Of a stretch of 64,000 nt of DNA, positions 1 to 9,715 are shown piece by piece. A model generated the notes under the pieces. That model saw only the letters and a list, made by a program, of their open reading frames with translations, was not told where the DNA came from and ran no database searches. Source of the stretch: an uncultured bacterium (GTDB lineage: Bacteria; Krumholzibacteriota; Krumholzibacteriia; LZORAL124-64-63); assembly GCA_963732385.1 (NCBI GenBank), contig CAVSZB010000007.1:1248001-1312000 (forward strand). Reading direction: 5' to 3'. A program made the position numbers and the translations under genes. Every line of letters starts with the position of its first letter. The first letter of the stretch is position 1.

Positions 1-38
1 CGGGCAGGACGCACATCAGTTGCTCGAGGAAAGCCATG
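1..38 (-). CDS. 5' end of a gene running off the window edge (MAFLEQLMCVLP...)
   Basis: ATG at 38 on the minus strand with upstream AGGATGG; only 12 codons visible; divergent from the cytochrome gene. Confidence 0.35.
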
Positions 39-228
39 TCGATCCATCCTTCACGCGCCCAAAAGCCAGAAGGTGAGAAACTTCGTCCCGCTTTGCATAT
101 CGGCGTCCCGGACCGTCGGTTTAGAATCCCGCCACCAAAACAAACAGTTTCTTGAATTCGAAGTCGGATCGTTTAACTTCCATCTCTGGCCCGCAGACTC
201 GCACGGCGTGCCGCCGGGAAGGCTGTGG

Positions 229-3015
229 ATGAAGAGCCCCGCACGTATCAGCATCCTCGTGGCCCTGGGCTTCGCCCTTGGCGTGGCAACGACCGCGCGC
301 GCCCAGTCCAACGCCGACTGTCTCGGTTGCCACGACGACCCCACGCTGTACTCCGTCCGCGACGGCCTCCGCGTCTCCCGCCACGTCGATGTCAAGGCGT
401 TCGACCGCTCGGCGCACGCCGGTGTGGAGTGCGTCTCGTGCCATGCGGATCTCTCCGGCAGCGACTTCCCGCACAAGGAGAAGGCCGATCCGGTCGATTG
501 CGGCGGCTGCCACGACGAGGTCGCCGCCCTGTACGTGCAGAGCCTGCACGGAAGCAAGGTCGCCGCGGGGGACAAACTGGCGCCGCGCTGCCGGGACTGC
601 CACGGCTCGCACGATATCCTGCCCCGCACCGACCCCGACTCGCGCGTGACCAAATTCAACATTCCCTTCATGTGCGGCTCCTGCCACAAGGAGGGGACGC
701 CGGTCTCGCGTTTCTACAATATCCCGCAGGACAGCATCCTGACGCACTACTCGGAAAGCATCCACGGCGAGGGGCTGTTCCAGAAGGGCCTCACGATCAC
801 CGCAGTCTGCTCGGATTGTCACACCGCCCATTTCGTCCTCCCGCACACCGACAACCGCTCCAGCATCGCGCGCGCGAACGTGGCGACCACCTGCCAGCAT
901 TGCCACGGCCGCATCGAGCAGGTGCACGTGAAAGTCATCCGGGGCGAATTGTGGGAAAAGGCGCCCAAACAGGTGCCGGTCTGCGTGGATTGCCACCAGC
1001 CGCACAAGGCGCGCCGCATCTTCTACGCCGAGGGGATCTCCGACCGCGATTGCCTCGCCTGCCATTCCCGGTCGGACCTCACCACCAGGCACGACGGCAA
1101 GACGGTTTCCCTGACGGTGTCGGGCGACGAACTGCACGACTCGATCCACCGCAACGTGCGGTGCGCGCAGTGCCACGCCGGCGCCACGCCCGGGCACAAG
1201 CGCCCGTGCGACACCGTGACCACGAAGGTGGACTGCTCGACGTGCCACGCCGAGCCGGTCAGGCAGTACCAGGCCGGCATCCATGGCCAGCTGGCCGCGC
1301 GGGGCGATGTCGATGCTCCCCACTGCACGACCTGCCACGGCACCCACGGCACGAAGGCGCACCTTGATCCGGCCTCTCCCGTCTTCACGCGGAACGTGCC
1401 CTCGCTATGCGCGCGCTGCCACGGCGAAGGCAATCCCGCTCAGGTGCGGTACAAGGGCGATCAGAAGGACATCGTCGCCCACTACCTGCAGAGCGTTCAC
1501 GGCAAGGGACTGACCGAGAGCGGCCTGGTCGTGACCGCCATGTGTGCCGACTGCCACACGGCGCATACCGAGTTGCCCGCGGCCGACCCGGCATCGACCG
1601 TCAATCCGGCGAACATCCCGCACACCTGCGCGAAGTGCCACACCGGCATCAGCGAGATTTTCGCGCGCAGCATCCACGCCAAAGGCCAGCCGAAAGACGG
1701 CAAGCCGCTGCCGGTCTGCAGCGACTGCCATTCCTCGCACGCGATCGCCCGCACGGACGCCGAAGGCTTCAAACTCGAGATCATCGGCCAGTGCGGGAAA
1801 TGCCATGAAGCGGTCACCGAATCGTACTTCCAGACCTATCACGGCAAGGTCGTCAAGCTGGGCTCCGCCAAGACGGCGAAGTGCAACGACTGCCATGGTT
1901 CACACGACATCCTGCCGCCCATCGACCCGGCTTCGCATCTGTCGAGGCAGAATGTGGTGGCCACCTGCGCACAGTGCCATCCGGGATCGCACCGCCGGTT
2001 CGCGGGCTACCTGACCCACGCCACGCATCATGATCGCGACAAATACCCCGCGCTCTACTGGACCTTCCGCTTCATGAGCACGCTGCTCGTGGGGACTTTC
2101 CTGTTCTTCGGAGTGCACACGCTGCTCTGGCTGCCGCGCTCGTTCCAGGCGATGAAACACGCCAAGGCGCTGCGCCAGCGCTCGGAGGGGCAGAAACAGA
2201 TCCGCCGCTTCCCGCGCCTCTCGCGCCAGTTGCACGTGCTCGTGGTGACGAGTTTCCTCGGCCTCGCTCTCACCGGCATGACCCTGAAGTTCTCGTACCT
2301 CGGCTGGGCGCAATGGCTGGCCCGGGTCCTGGGCGGGTTCGAGGGAGCCGGCACGATCCACCGCATCTGCGCGGTGATAACCTTCTTCTACTTCACCCGC
2401 CACATCATCGATCTGGTCGAACGCAAGCGCGTCAGCCGGGTCTCCTGGCGTGAATTCCTGACCGGCCCGGACTCCATGACACCGGGCGCTACCGATCTGA
2501 AGGAATTCGGACAGACGATGCGGTGGTTCGTCGGTCTCGGACCGCGGCCGCGGTACGGCCGCTGGACCTACTGGGAAAAGTTCGACTACTTCGCGGTGTT
2601 CTGGGGCGTGGCGATGATCGGCACCACCGGGTTGATGCTCTGGTTCCCGGAGTTTTTCACCCGCCTGCTGCCGGGCCGGTTCATCAATGTGGCGACGATC
2701 ATCCATTCGGACGAGGCGCTCCTCGCCACGGGCTTCATTTTCACCATCCATTTCTTCAACACCCATTTCCGTCCGGACAAATTCCCGATGGACACGGTCA
2801 TTTTCAGCGGACGCATCCCGCTGGAAGAGTTGAAGGAGGATCGGCCGCGGGAATACGCAAGGCTGGTCGAATCGGGCGAGCTGGAGCAGCAGCTCGTCGA
2901 TCCGCTCCCCTCCTATGTCCTGCGGGGGCTGAAGATCTTCGGCTGGTTTGCGCTTTCGCTCGGGATCGCGCTGATCGTCCTCATCATCTGGGCGGAAGTC
3001 TTCAGGTACCGCTGA
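229..3015 (+). CDS. Multiheme cytochrome c (19 CxxCH) fused to a C-terminal cytochrome b-type membrane domain (CbcL-like)
   Basis: Signal peptide MKSPARISILVALGFALG; 19 CxxCH motifs counted; C-terminal hydrophobic helices with His ligands and the RWTYWEKFDYFAVFWG / HSDEALLA motifs of FdnI/cyt b-like domains. Confidence 0.9.
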   Translation: MKSPARISILVALGFALGVATTARAQSNADCLGCHDDPTLYSVRDGLRVSRHVDVKAFDRSAHAGVECVSCHADLSGSDFPHKEKADPVDCGGCHDEVAALYVQSLHGSKVAAGDKLAPRCRDCHGSHDILPRTDPDSRVTKFNIPFMCGSCHKEGTPVSRFYNIPQDSILTHYSESIHGEGLFQKGLTITAVCSDCHTAHFVLPHTDNRSSIARANVATTCQHCHGRIEQVHVKVIRGELWEKAPKQVPVCVDCHQPHKARRIFYAEGISDRDCLACHSRSDLTTRHDGKTVSLTVSGDELHDSIHRNVRCAQCHAGATPGHKRPCDTVTTKVDCSTCHAEPVRQYQAGIHGQLAARGDVDAPHCTTCHGTHGTKAHLDPASPVFTRNVPSLCARCHGEGNPAQVRYKGDQKDIVAHYLQSVHGKGLTESGLVVTAMCADCHTAHTELPAADPASTVNPANIPHTCAKCHTGISEIFARSIHAKGQPKDGKPLPVCSDCHSSHAIARTDAEGFKLEIIGQCGKCHEAVTESYFQTYHGKVVKLGSAKTAKCNDCHGSHDILPPIDPASHLSRQNVVATCAQCHPGSHRRFAGYLTHATHHDRDKYPALYWTFRFMSTLLVGTFLFFGVHTLLWLPRSFQAMKHAKALRQRSEGQKQIRRFPRLSRQLHVLVVTSFLGLALTGMTLKFSYLGWAQWLARVLGGFEGAGTIHRICAVITFFYFTRHIIDLVERKRVSRVSWREFLTGPDSMTPGATDLKEFGQTMRWFVGLGPRPRYGRWTYWEKFDYFAVFWGVAMIGTTGLMLWFPEFFTRLLPGRFINVATIIHSDEALLATGFIFTIHFFNTHFRPDKFPMDTVIFSGRIPLEELKEDRPREYARLVESGELEQQLVDPLPSYVLRGLKIFGWFALSLGIALIVLIIWAEVFRYR

Positions 3016-3277
3016 GCCTCGCCTGATTGTCGCCAGGAAATCCTGCCCCCGGCTGCGGACAGTCGTGATACCAACTCCTACTTTCGCAATCTGTTATCGA
3101 CGTGGTATTTTCACGAAATTGTCCCGCCAGCTTGACTCCCGGGATTCGATTCCCCAAGGTTGCGATAGGATATTGATTCAGGACTTTCGCTGCCTTGGTT
3201 AACGTCGGAACCGACGCCCCCAGGCCAGGCGTCGGACCGCCGCGAGACAGCGAGCTACGTATGGCGAGGTGACAAGC

Positions 3278-4195
3278 ATGAGCATGGACCGTCGCGACTT
3301 CCTGAAGTTCGCAGCCGCAGGCTCGACCGCCCTCGCGATCGGCGGCAGTCTGACCGCCGAGGCCGACGCCTCCTCAACCGCCCTGGACTCGCCCCGGAAC
3401 GACGCCTTCGGCGTTCTGGTGGACACCACGTTCTGCGTGGGATGCCGCAAGTGCGAGTGGGGCTGCAACCAGGCCAACGAGTTGCCGAAAATCGACAGGG
3501 AGGTCTTCGAGGACAAGTCGATCCTGACGAGTCACCGTCGCCCGGACGTCGCAGCCTTTACGGTGGTCAACCAGGTGGCCGCGCCGCCCGAAACGGAGCA
3601 GCCGGTCTTCGTGAAGATCCAGTGCATGCACTGCAACCGCCCTGCCTGCGTTTCGGCCTGCATCGTCGGCGCGCTGCGCAAGCAGCCGGAGGGTCCGGTC
3701 ACCTACGACGCCGCGAAATGCATCGGGTGCCGCTACTGCATGGTGGCGTGTCCGTTCCAGATCCCCGGCTACGAATACACGCGCGCACTCCAGCCCCGCG
3801 TGATGAAGTGCGGCTTCTGCGCCGAACGCACCATGAAGGAGGGGCGCAAGCCCGGCTGCGTGGAGAATTGCCCCAACGAGGCGCTGACGTTCGGCCGCCG
3901 CGGGGAGCTGCGCGAACTGGCCCACCAGAAGATCTCCGCCTCCCCCTCCCGCTATCTCAATCACGTCTACGGGGAGTACGAAGCGGGCGGCACGAGTTGG
4001 ATGTACCTGGCCGGCATCGACTTCGTCCGCGCCGACCTGCCGACGCTGGGCAGCCACGCCATGCCCTCTCTGACGGAGAAGATCCAGCACGGCGTTTTCA
4101 AGAACTTCGTGCCGCCGCTGGCGCTCTACGGACTGCTGGGCCTCGTGATGGCGAGTCAGCGCAAGGACGACGGGGAGGGCGGAAACGATGAGTGA
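3278..4195 (+). CDS. Tat-exported 4Fe-4S protein, HybA/HmcB/NrfC family
   Basis: Twin-arginine motif DRRDFLK; four Cys clusters CVGCRKCEWGC, CMHCxxPACVSAC, CIGCRYCMVAC, CGFC..CVENC; C-terminal hydrophobic helix. Confidence 0.9.
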   Translation: MSMDRRDFLKFAAAGSTALAIGGSLTAEADASSTALDSPRNDAFGVLVDTTFCVGCRKCEWGCNQANELPKIDREVFEDKSILTSHRRPDVAAFTVVNQVAAPPETEQPVFVKIQCMHCNRPACVSACIVGALRKQPEGPVTYDAAKCIGCRYCMVACPFQIPGYEYTRALQPRVMKCGFCAERTMKEGRKPGCVENCPNEALTFGRRGELRELAHQKISASPSRYLNHVYGEYEAGGTSWMYLAGIDFVRADLPTLGSHAMPSLTEKIQHGVFKNFVPPLALYGLLGLVMASQRKDDGEGGNDE

Positions 4196-5447
4196 CCATG
4201 CATCCCCCGTGCGGGGCTCCTACCTGACGCGCGGCAGCACGGCCGTCCTGGCCGTGGCCGCCGTGGGCATCCTGATCTACCTGTCGCGAATGTTTCTTGG
4301 TCTCGAGAAAGTGACCAATCTGGACAACCAGTGGCCCTGGGGCATCTGGATCGCGGTCGATGTCGCCACCGGCGTCGCGCTGGCCGCGGGCGGCTTCACC
4401 TCCGCGGCTCTGGTCTACATCTTCGGCCACCAGCGGTACCATCCGCTGATCCGCCCGGCGCTGCTGACGGCCATGCTCGGCTACACGTTCGTCGTCATCG
4501 GGCTGCTGGCCGATCTCGGGCGCTGGTACAACGTCTGGCACCCGATGCTGCCCTCGATGTGGCAGGGCAACTCGGTGCTGTTCGAGGTCGGCATCTGCGT
4601 GATGATCTACCTGTGCGTGCTCTACATCGAGTTCGTGCCGATCGTCGCGGAACGCTTCAAGGGACGCGTTGCGCTGCGCGGAGCGCCCCAGCGCCTGAAC
4701 CGGACGATCGACAAGCTCCTGCACGCGGCCGATGCCACGCTTTCGCGCTTCATGTTCATCTTCATCATCGCCGGCGTCGTCCTGTCGTGCCTGCACCAGT
4801 CCTCGCTGGGCACCCTGATGTTGATCGCGCCGACAAAAATGAGCCCGCTCTGGTACACGCCGGTCATGCCGGCCCTCTTCCTTTTGTCGGCCATCGCGGT
4901 CGGCTTCCCGATGATCATCTTCGAATCTCTCCTGGCGTCGCGCAGTTTTCGGCTCCCTCCGGAGATGAACCTGCTCGCCGGTCTGGGGCGGATCGTCACG
5001 TTCACGCTGGGGATCTACGCCGTCGCAAAGATCGTCGACCTGACGGTGCGCGAAGCGTGGCCCTGGGCCCTCGCCGGCGGCACCCAGGCCGTGATGTTCT
5101 GGATCGAGATGCTGGGGGGCGTGCTGCTGCCACTGATCCTCTTCGCCCTGCCGCGCGTGCGGCGTGATCCCCGCGGCCTCTTCGCCGCCGCCACCCTGAC
5201 CGTGCTCGGCGTCGCCCTCAACCGGATCAACGTCTTTTTGGTGGCGTATCGCCCGCCGTTCGCCGGGCCGACCTACTTCCCGTCCGTCTTTGAGATTCTG
5301 CTCACGGCGGGGCTGATCGCCACCCTGGTGCTGGTCTACCGGGCGATCGTGATGATCTTCCCTGTCATCGCCGCGCCTCACGGCGCCGGCGCATCGATTC
5401 ACGTCGGGGAATCGGGCCGGCCGCACAGCCAGGCCCAGGCAAGGTGA
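4188..5447 (+). CDS. NrfD/PsrC-family integral membrane protein, HybB/HmcC-like
   Basis: NLDNQWPWGIWIAVDV, DLGRWYN and LHQSSLGTL motifs; many TM helices; overlaps the upstream Fe-S gene. Confidence 0.9.
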   Translation: MSDHASPVRGSYLTRGSTAVLAVAAVGILIYLSRMFLGLEKVTNLDNQWPWGIWIAVDVATGVALAAGGFTSAALVYIFGHQRYHPLIRPALLTAMLGYTFVVIGLLADLGRWYNVWHPMLPSMWQGNSVLFEVGICVMIYLCVLYIEFVPIVAERFKGRVALRGAPQRLNRTIDKLLHAADATLSRFMFIFIIAGVVLSCLHQSSLGTLMLIAPTKMSPLWYTPVMPALFLLSAIAVGFPMIIFESLLASRSFRLPPEMNLLAGLGRIVTFTLGIYAVAKIVDLTVREAWPWALAGGTQAVMFWIEMLGGVLLPLILFALPRVRRDPRGLFAAATLTVLGVALNRINVFLVAYRPPFAGPTYFPSVFEILLTAGLIATLVLVYRAIVMIFPVIAAPHGAGASIHVGESGRPHSQAQAR

Positions 5448-6625
5448 TCAAGATGAATATCCGTCCGATCACGCGGGCCGTCGCCCTGGCTTCCGCGCTG
5501 TTGAGCCTCTCCTTTGCGCCCGGCGCGCAGGCCCAGACCAAGCGCACCGAAGCGGACGAGCGCGCCCACATGCAGATGATGAACCTCGACTGCCTCGAGT
5601 GCCACACCTGCAAGGACCCGACGAGCGCCACGGCCTGCCTCAAGGCCTGCCCGCGCCTGACGGTCGCCCAGAACACCGGCCGTCATGTGGTGGCGGAAGC
5701 CCCCGAGGGAATGGTGCTCGACTCGCTGGCCGACCAGTACCAGGGGGTCCGGTTCGGCCACAAGCTGCATGCCGGCATGTCGGAGATGAACGCCGGCTGC
5801 TCGACCTGCCACCACTTCTGTCCGCCCGGCAAGATCCCGCCCTGCGGAAGTTGCCATAGCGTCGAGGCCAGCACCCAGAATCTGCGACAGCCCAGCCTCA
5901 AAGGCGCCTACCACCGCCAGTGCATGAACTGCCATCGGGAATGGAGCCACGAGACCGACTGCAACATCTGCCACCTGCCGTCCGGCAAATTCGCGCAGAC
6001 CGGGGACAGGACCGATCCGACCGACATCATGGGCAAGTCCCACCCGGTGATCGCCGCGCCGGAAAAGCGGAGCTATCACACGCCGTACGAGAAGGGCCCG
6101 GTGGTGACGTTCTACCACCAGGAACACATCGACCTGTTCGGCCTGCGCTGCGTGGACTGCCATCAGAAGGAGAACTGCAGCTACTGCCACGACATGCAGA
6201 AGCCGGCCACCCTGAAGAAGAGCATGGAGGAAGTGCACGCGATCTGCTCGAGTTGCCACCAGACGGCCAAGTGCTCGAAATGCCACGATACGGTCGAGCG
6301 GCCCGCCTTCTCGCACGCCGCCACCGGCTGGTCGATCGGCCGCTTCCACTCCCGGCTGGAGTGCCGCGGCTGCCACCCGACCGGCAAGCGGGTCTCGAAG
6401 GTGAATCGCGAGTGCACCTCGTGCCACGGCGGCTGGAACCAGGAGAACTTCCGCCACGCCGTCACCGGCCTGCAGCTCGACGACACGCACGGCGCGGCCG
6501 ACTGCGCGGACTGCCACGCCAACCGCCGCTACGCCGAGAAGCCGACCTGCTCCGGCTGCCACGACGACAATCGCGACTTCAAATCGGTCCCGCCCGGCAA
6601 GTACGTGAGGGTCGGGGGGCGGTAG
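5444..6625 (+). CDS. Periplasmic multiheme cytochrome c (13 CxxCH), cytochrome c3/HmcA-like
   Basis: Signal peptide; 13 CxxCH; c3-type VxFxHxxH and LKGAYHRQCxxCH motifs. Confidence 0.88.
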   Translation: MIKMNIRPITRAVALASALLSLSFAPGAQAQTKRTEADERAHMQMMNLDCLECHTCKDPTSATACLKACPRLTVAQNTGRHVVAEAPEGMVLDSLADQYQGVRFGHKLHAGMSEMNAGCSTCHHFCPPGKIPPCGSCHSVEASTQNLRQPSLKGAYHRQCMNCHREWSHETDCNICHLPSGKFAQTGDRTDPTDIMGKSHPVIAAPEKRSYHTPYEKGPVVTFYHQEHIDLFGLRCVDCHQKENCSYCHDMQKPATLKKSMEEVHAICSSCHQTAKCSKCHDTVERPAFSHAATGWSIGRFHSRLECRGCHPTGKRVSKVNRECTSCHGGWNQENFRHAVTGLQLDDTHGAADCADCHANRRYAEKPTCSGCHDDNRDFKSVPPGKYVRVGGR

Positions 6626-6672
6626 GCGCCCCGCCCCGCCGCCAGGGCGGCCGCAACGCTGAGCGAAGCAGT

Positions 6673-6702
6673 GACGACGGCCCGGGAAACCGGGCCGTCG
6701 TC
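6673..6702. terminator. Hairpin between convergent genes
   Basis: Perfect 13-bp stem GACGACGGCCCGG / CCGGGCCGTCGTC with GAAA loop. Confidence 0.65.
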
Positions 6703-6719
6703 GTTCCCGTCGTTCCGGC

Positions 6720-7421
6720 TCACCGATCCGCGCCCGGATCCTTCACGACGTTCGCCGGTTCCAGTCGGCCCAGCTGCCGCAGATTGCGGATCACTCGACG
6801 CATCAGCATGCCGAGCATGATCGCCGCGAGACAGACGCCGGCGAGGTCGAATACCGTCGCGCCCACGCCCAGCACCTCGAACGGGATCGGCCCGATTGTC
6901 ACGGCGGCCGTGTTGAGCGCGATGAGCAACAGCCGCGTCTCGGTCGGCCCGACCACTCCGTATCCGAAGCGGAAGTCGTTGAAGACCTGGCTCTCCAGAT
7001 AGACGTTGATGGAGAGGATCAGATAGGCCACGACCACGGCCAGGCCGACGGCCAGCAGCATGTAGGGCGACAACCCGAGCCCCAGTCCGATCGCCAGCGT
7101 GGAGAAGGCGTCCACGAGGTGATCGAGATAGAACCCGTAGCGCGGCCGCTGGATCCGCCGCACCCGCGCGATCGTCCCGTCGAGACTGTCACCGAACCAG
7201 TTGATGACGAAGCCCAGGCTGGCGACCCACAACCATGCCGGCGACTGGTTCGACATCAGGTAGGCGAACGTGACGAGACACGACCCCCCGATCCCGATCA
7301 GCGTCAGATGATCGGGCAGCAGACCCCGCGGCAGCCGCGGCGCCAGCCAGGCGAGCAGCCGCTTCTCCCCCTCGCTGAAGACGAAGGTGGCGCGGCGGCG
7401 GGGCTCGGCGGCAGAAGTCAT
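6720..7421 (-). CDS. CDP-alcohol phosphatidyltransferase family protein (YnjF-like)
   Basis: Signature DSLDGTIAR...YGFYLDHLVD; hydrophobic. Confidence 0.88.
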   Translation of the reverse strand: MTSAAEPRRRATFVFSEGEKRLLAWLAPRLPRGLLPDHLTLIGIGGSCLVTFAYLMSNQSPAWLWVASLGFVINWFGDSLDGTIARVRRIQRPRYGFYLDHLVDAFSTLAIGLGLGLSPYMLLAVGLAVVVAYLILSINVYLESQVFNDFRFGYGVVGPTETRLLLIALNTAAVTIGPIPFEVLGVGATVFDLAGVCLAAIMLGMLMRRVIRNLRQLGRLEPANVVKDPGADR

Positions 7422-7597
7422 GATCCAGCCTCCGGGGTGAGTGGCGCGGCGGCGGGCGGGACGACCCGCCGCGGACACTGCATCCTAACCGCAAGGAGCC
7501 GGGAATGTCCCCCGTTCCGATGGCCGGCATAAGCCAGGGGCCGCCCAGCGGTGGGACGGCCCCGGGTCTTCCGCCTGCCGGCGCGGCGCGTGTCCGG

Positions 7598-9499
7598 TCA
7601 GTGTTTTTCGTCCTCGATCTTCCGGCCTGTCAGTTCCTCCCACTCCAGCGGGTGCTCGCTCTTGAGCTGGCGCTCCGGCATCATCCCGTTGATCCAGCTC
7701 GGATTCATCGGGTAGACCTTCGGGTTGAACACGGTCGCGTACATGTGCCAGATCAGGATCGCCAGGAAGGCCAGCCACGCCTCGTAGTAATGGATCACCA
7801 GCAGGACATCGAGCAGCCCCTTGGGGAAGAACTTCACGGCGTAGTTGTCGAACCACAGGAACAGTCCGGTAATCCCCATCACCACGGTGCCCCAGACGAG
7901 GGCCCAGTATTCGGCCTTCTCCACATAGGAGAACCGCCCGAAATGCGGATGTTGGGCGCTTTTGCCCAGGTTGTACTTCATCATCTGGAAGAACTGGATC
8001 ACGTCCAGCTTGCCCGGGAGCATGTCGCGCACGAAGCAGCGGCCCCGCTTCGTGACCAGGAAGATCAGGTGCCACAGCCCGCCCAGCAACAGCAGCACGC
8101 CCGCGGACCGGTGGATGATGCCGCGCGTCGTGTAACCGCCCTCGCGGCCGAAAACGAGCGTGCTCCACCAGGCGTCGTAGTAGCGAAGCGCGAAGCCGGT
8201 CACCACCAGTACCGTGAAGGCGAGCGCCAGCACGGTGTGCTGCACCACTTCGTCCGCGTCCATGCGCCGGACCTGCTTCTCCCGCATCACCGCGATGATC
8301 TGGCGGAACAGGTCGATCAGCCAGTGTACGATCATGCCGCCGATCACAACCACTATCAGGATGACATAGATGATCTTCACGAGGTGCGGCCAGCCCCGAT
8401 CATGTCCGGTGGCCGTGGAGTGGATCGAGGTGGCGGCGAGCTTGGCCGTGATGCCGGGGTGGCACTGCCCGCAGGTGTGCTGCAGGTTGGCCGGCGCGAT
8501 CGAGGAGGTCGCGTCGGATGACGGCAGGATGCGGTGCGCGCCGTGGCAGGAACCGCAGTTGGCCACCAATTTGTCGCCCGCCCGGCTCTTGAGACCATGG
8601 TACGAATCGCGGAACGACTGCAGACGTCCGCTCGGCAGGTCGTACTTCTCGTTCAGGAACGCCGACTCGTGGCACGGCGTGCAGGTGGCCTCGGCGACGC
8701 GATATGGGCTGACCGGGGAGCGTGGGTCGCTCACCGGCAGGATGCCGTGCTCGCCGTGGCAGTGGGTGCAGGTCGGCGCGTCGACCTCGCCGCGCGCGAC
8801 CAGCTGGCCGTGGATCCCCTCCATGTAGTCCTGGGCGATGGCGGTGTGGCACTTGCCGCAGGTCTTCGGGATGTTGAAGAAGTTGATGGTCGAGCTGATG
8901 TCCCCGGGGGGCAGGATGTGGTGCGCGTTGCCGCCAGTGGAGTGGCAATCATTGCAGGAGGCTGCCGTGTGGATGCCCCCCGACATGGCGCGCCCGTGCA
9001 CGCTCTTCGAGTAGACGCGGATCGGGTGCTTGAACTTGATATTGCGGCCGCTGATGAGCGTCGAATCCTCATGGCACTTGCCGCAGGTCTCCGGCAGATT
9101 CACCGGGCTCACCGCCGAGTGGTTGTCGCTGCCGGCGAGGATCTGGTGCGAGCCGTGGCAATCGCCGCAGTTCGGCACCGAGGTCGACTGCCCGACCATC
9201 GCGCGCCCGTGCTGCCTGTAGGTATCGACCTCTTCCGCGTGGCAGCCGGCGCAGTTCGCCGGAGACAGTTTCTCCGGGTGCGGCAACTCGGTGATGTCGG
9301 AGTGACAGTCCAGACACGAAAGCCCTTCGTGGAGGCTCCCTTTCAGGGTCTCGGCGCTGACCTCCGCCGGCTGTCCGCCCGAGCCGGTGTGGCAGGTGGC
9401 GCAGTCGGTTTCGGTGATCTGCGCCCGCAACGGCGCAACCCCGCCAAAGCTAATGAATAGAAGGGCCATCAGCACCGTCGAGGCCGTCGTCCACTTCAT
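7598..9499 (-). CDS. Multiheme cytochrome c (11 CxxCH) fused to a cytochrome b domain (CbcL-like)
   Basis: RBS GAGGTGG; signal peptide; 11 CxxCH; C-terminal TM domain with FSYVEKAEYWALVWG and HYYEAWLA. Confidence 0.9.
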   Translation of the reverse strand: MKWTTASTVLMALLFISFGGVAPLRAQITETDCATCHTGSGGQPAEVSAETLKGSLHEGLSCLDCHSDITELPHPEKLSPANCAGCHAEEVDTYRQHGRAMVGQSTSVPNCGDCHGSHQILAGSDNHSAVSPVNLPETCGKCHEDSTLISGRNIKFKHPIRVYSKSVHGRAMSGGIHTAASCNDCHSTGGNAHHILPPGDISSTINFFNIPKTCGKCHTAIAQDYMEGIHGQLVARGEVDAPTCTHCHGEHGILPVSDPRSPVSPYRVAEATCTPCHESAFLNEKYDLPSGRLQSFRDSYHGLKSRAGDKLVANCGSCHGAHRILPSSDATSSIAPANLQHTCGQCHPGITAKLAATSIHSTATGHDRGWPHLVKIIYVILIVVVIGGMIVHWLIDLFRQIIAVMREKQVRRMDADEVVQHTVLALAFTVLVVTGFALRYYDAWWSTLVFGREGGYTTRGIIHRSAGVLLLLGGLWHLIFLVTKRGRCFVRDMLPGKLDVIQFFQMMKYNLGKSAQHPHFGRFSYVEKAEYWALVWGTVVMGITGLFLWFDNYAVKFFPKGLLDVLLVIHYYEAWLAFLAILIWHMYATVFNPKVYPMNPSWINGMMPERQLKSEHPLEWEELTGRKIEDEKH

Positions 9500-9715
9500 C
9501 AAATCCACCTCGCTTCGAATACCCCTGTACGCACTGTAGATTCCCCGTAATGAAAGGGCTTGTTCCGGAGAGAAGCAAGCTCCAGTTTAGGCCCCGCGAA
9601 ATTCTATTAAGATAATAATTGTAGCCATTTACCGGGTATTGATCGGGCCTGTTTTCAGCGCGGCCGGCGCTCCTCTTCCGGACGGAATTTCCTGCCTGCA
9701 GATGTGGGAGGGGGT

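Noticed and set aside
3100..3117. Rex-like site ACGTGGTATTTTCACGA upstream of the Fe-S gene
   Set aside because: GTG-to-CAC spacing is 7 rather than the 8 of the Rex consensus, and the left arm is weak
9510..9660. AT-rich tract upstream of the 11-heme cytochrome gene as a sigma54 promoter or ncRNA
   Set aside because: No GG-N10-GC with correct spacing or convincing structure found; probably an ordinary promoter region
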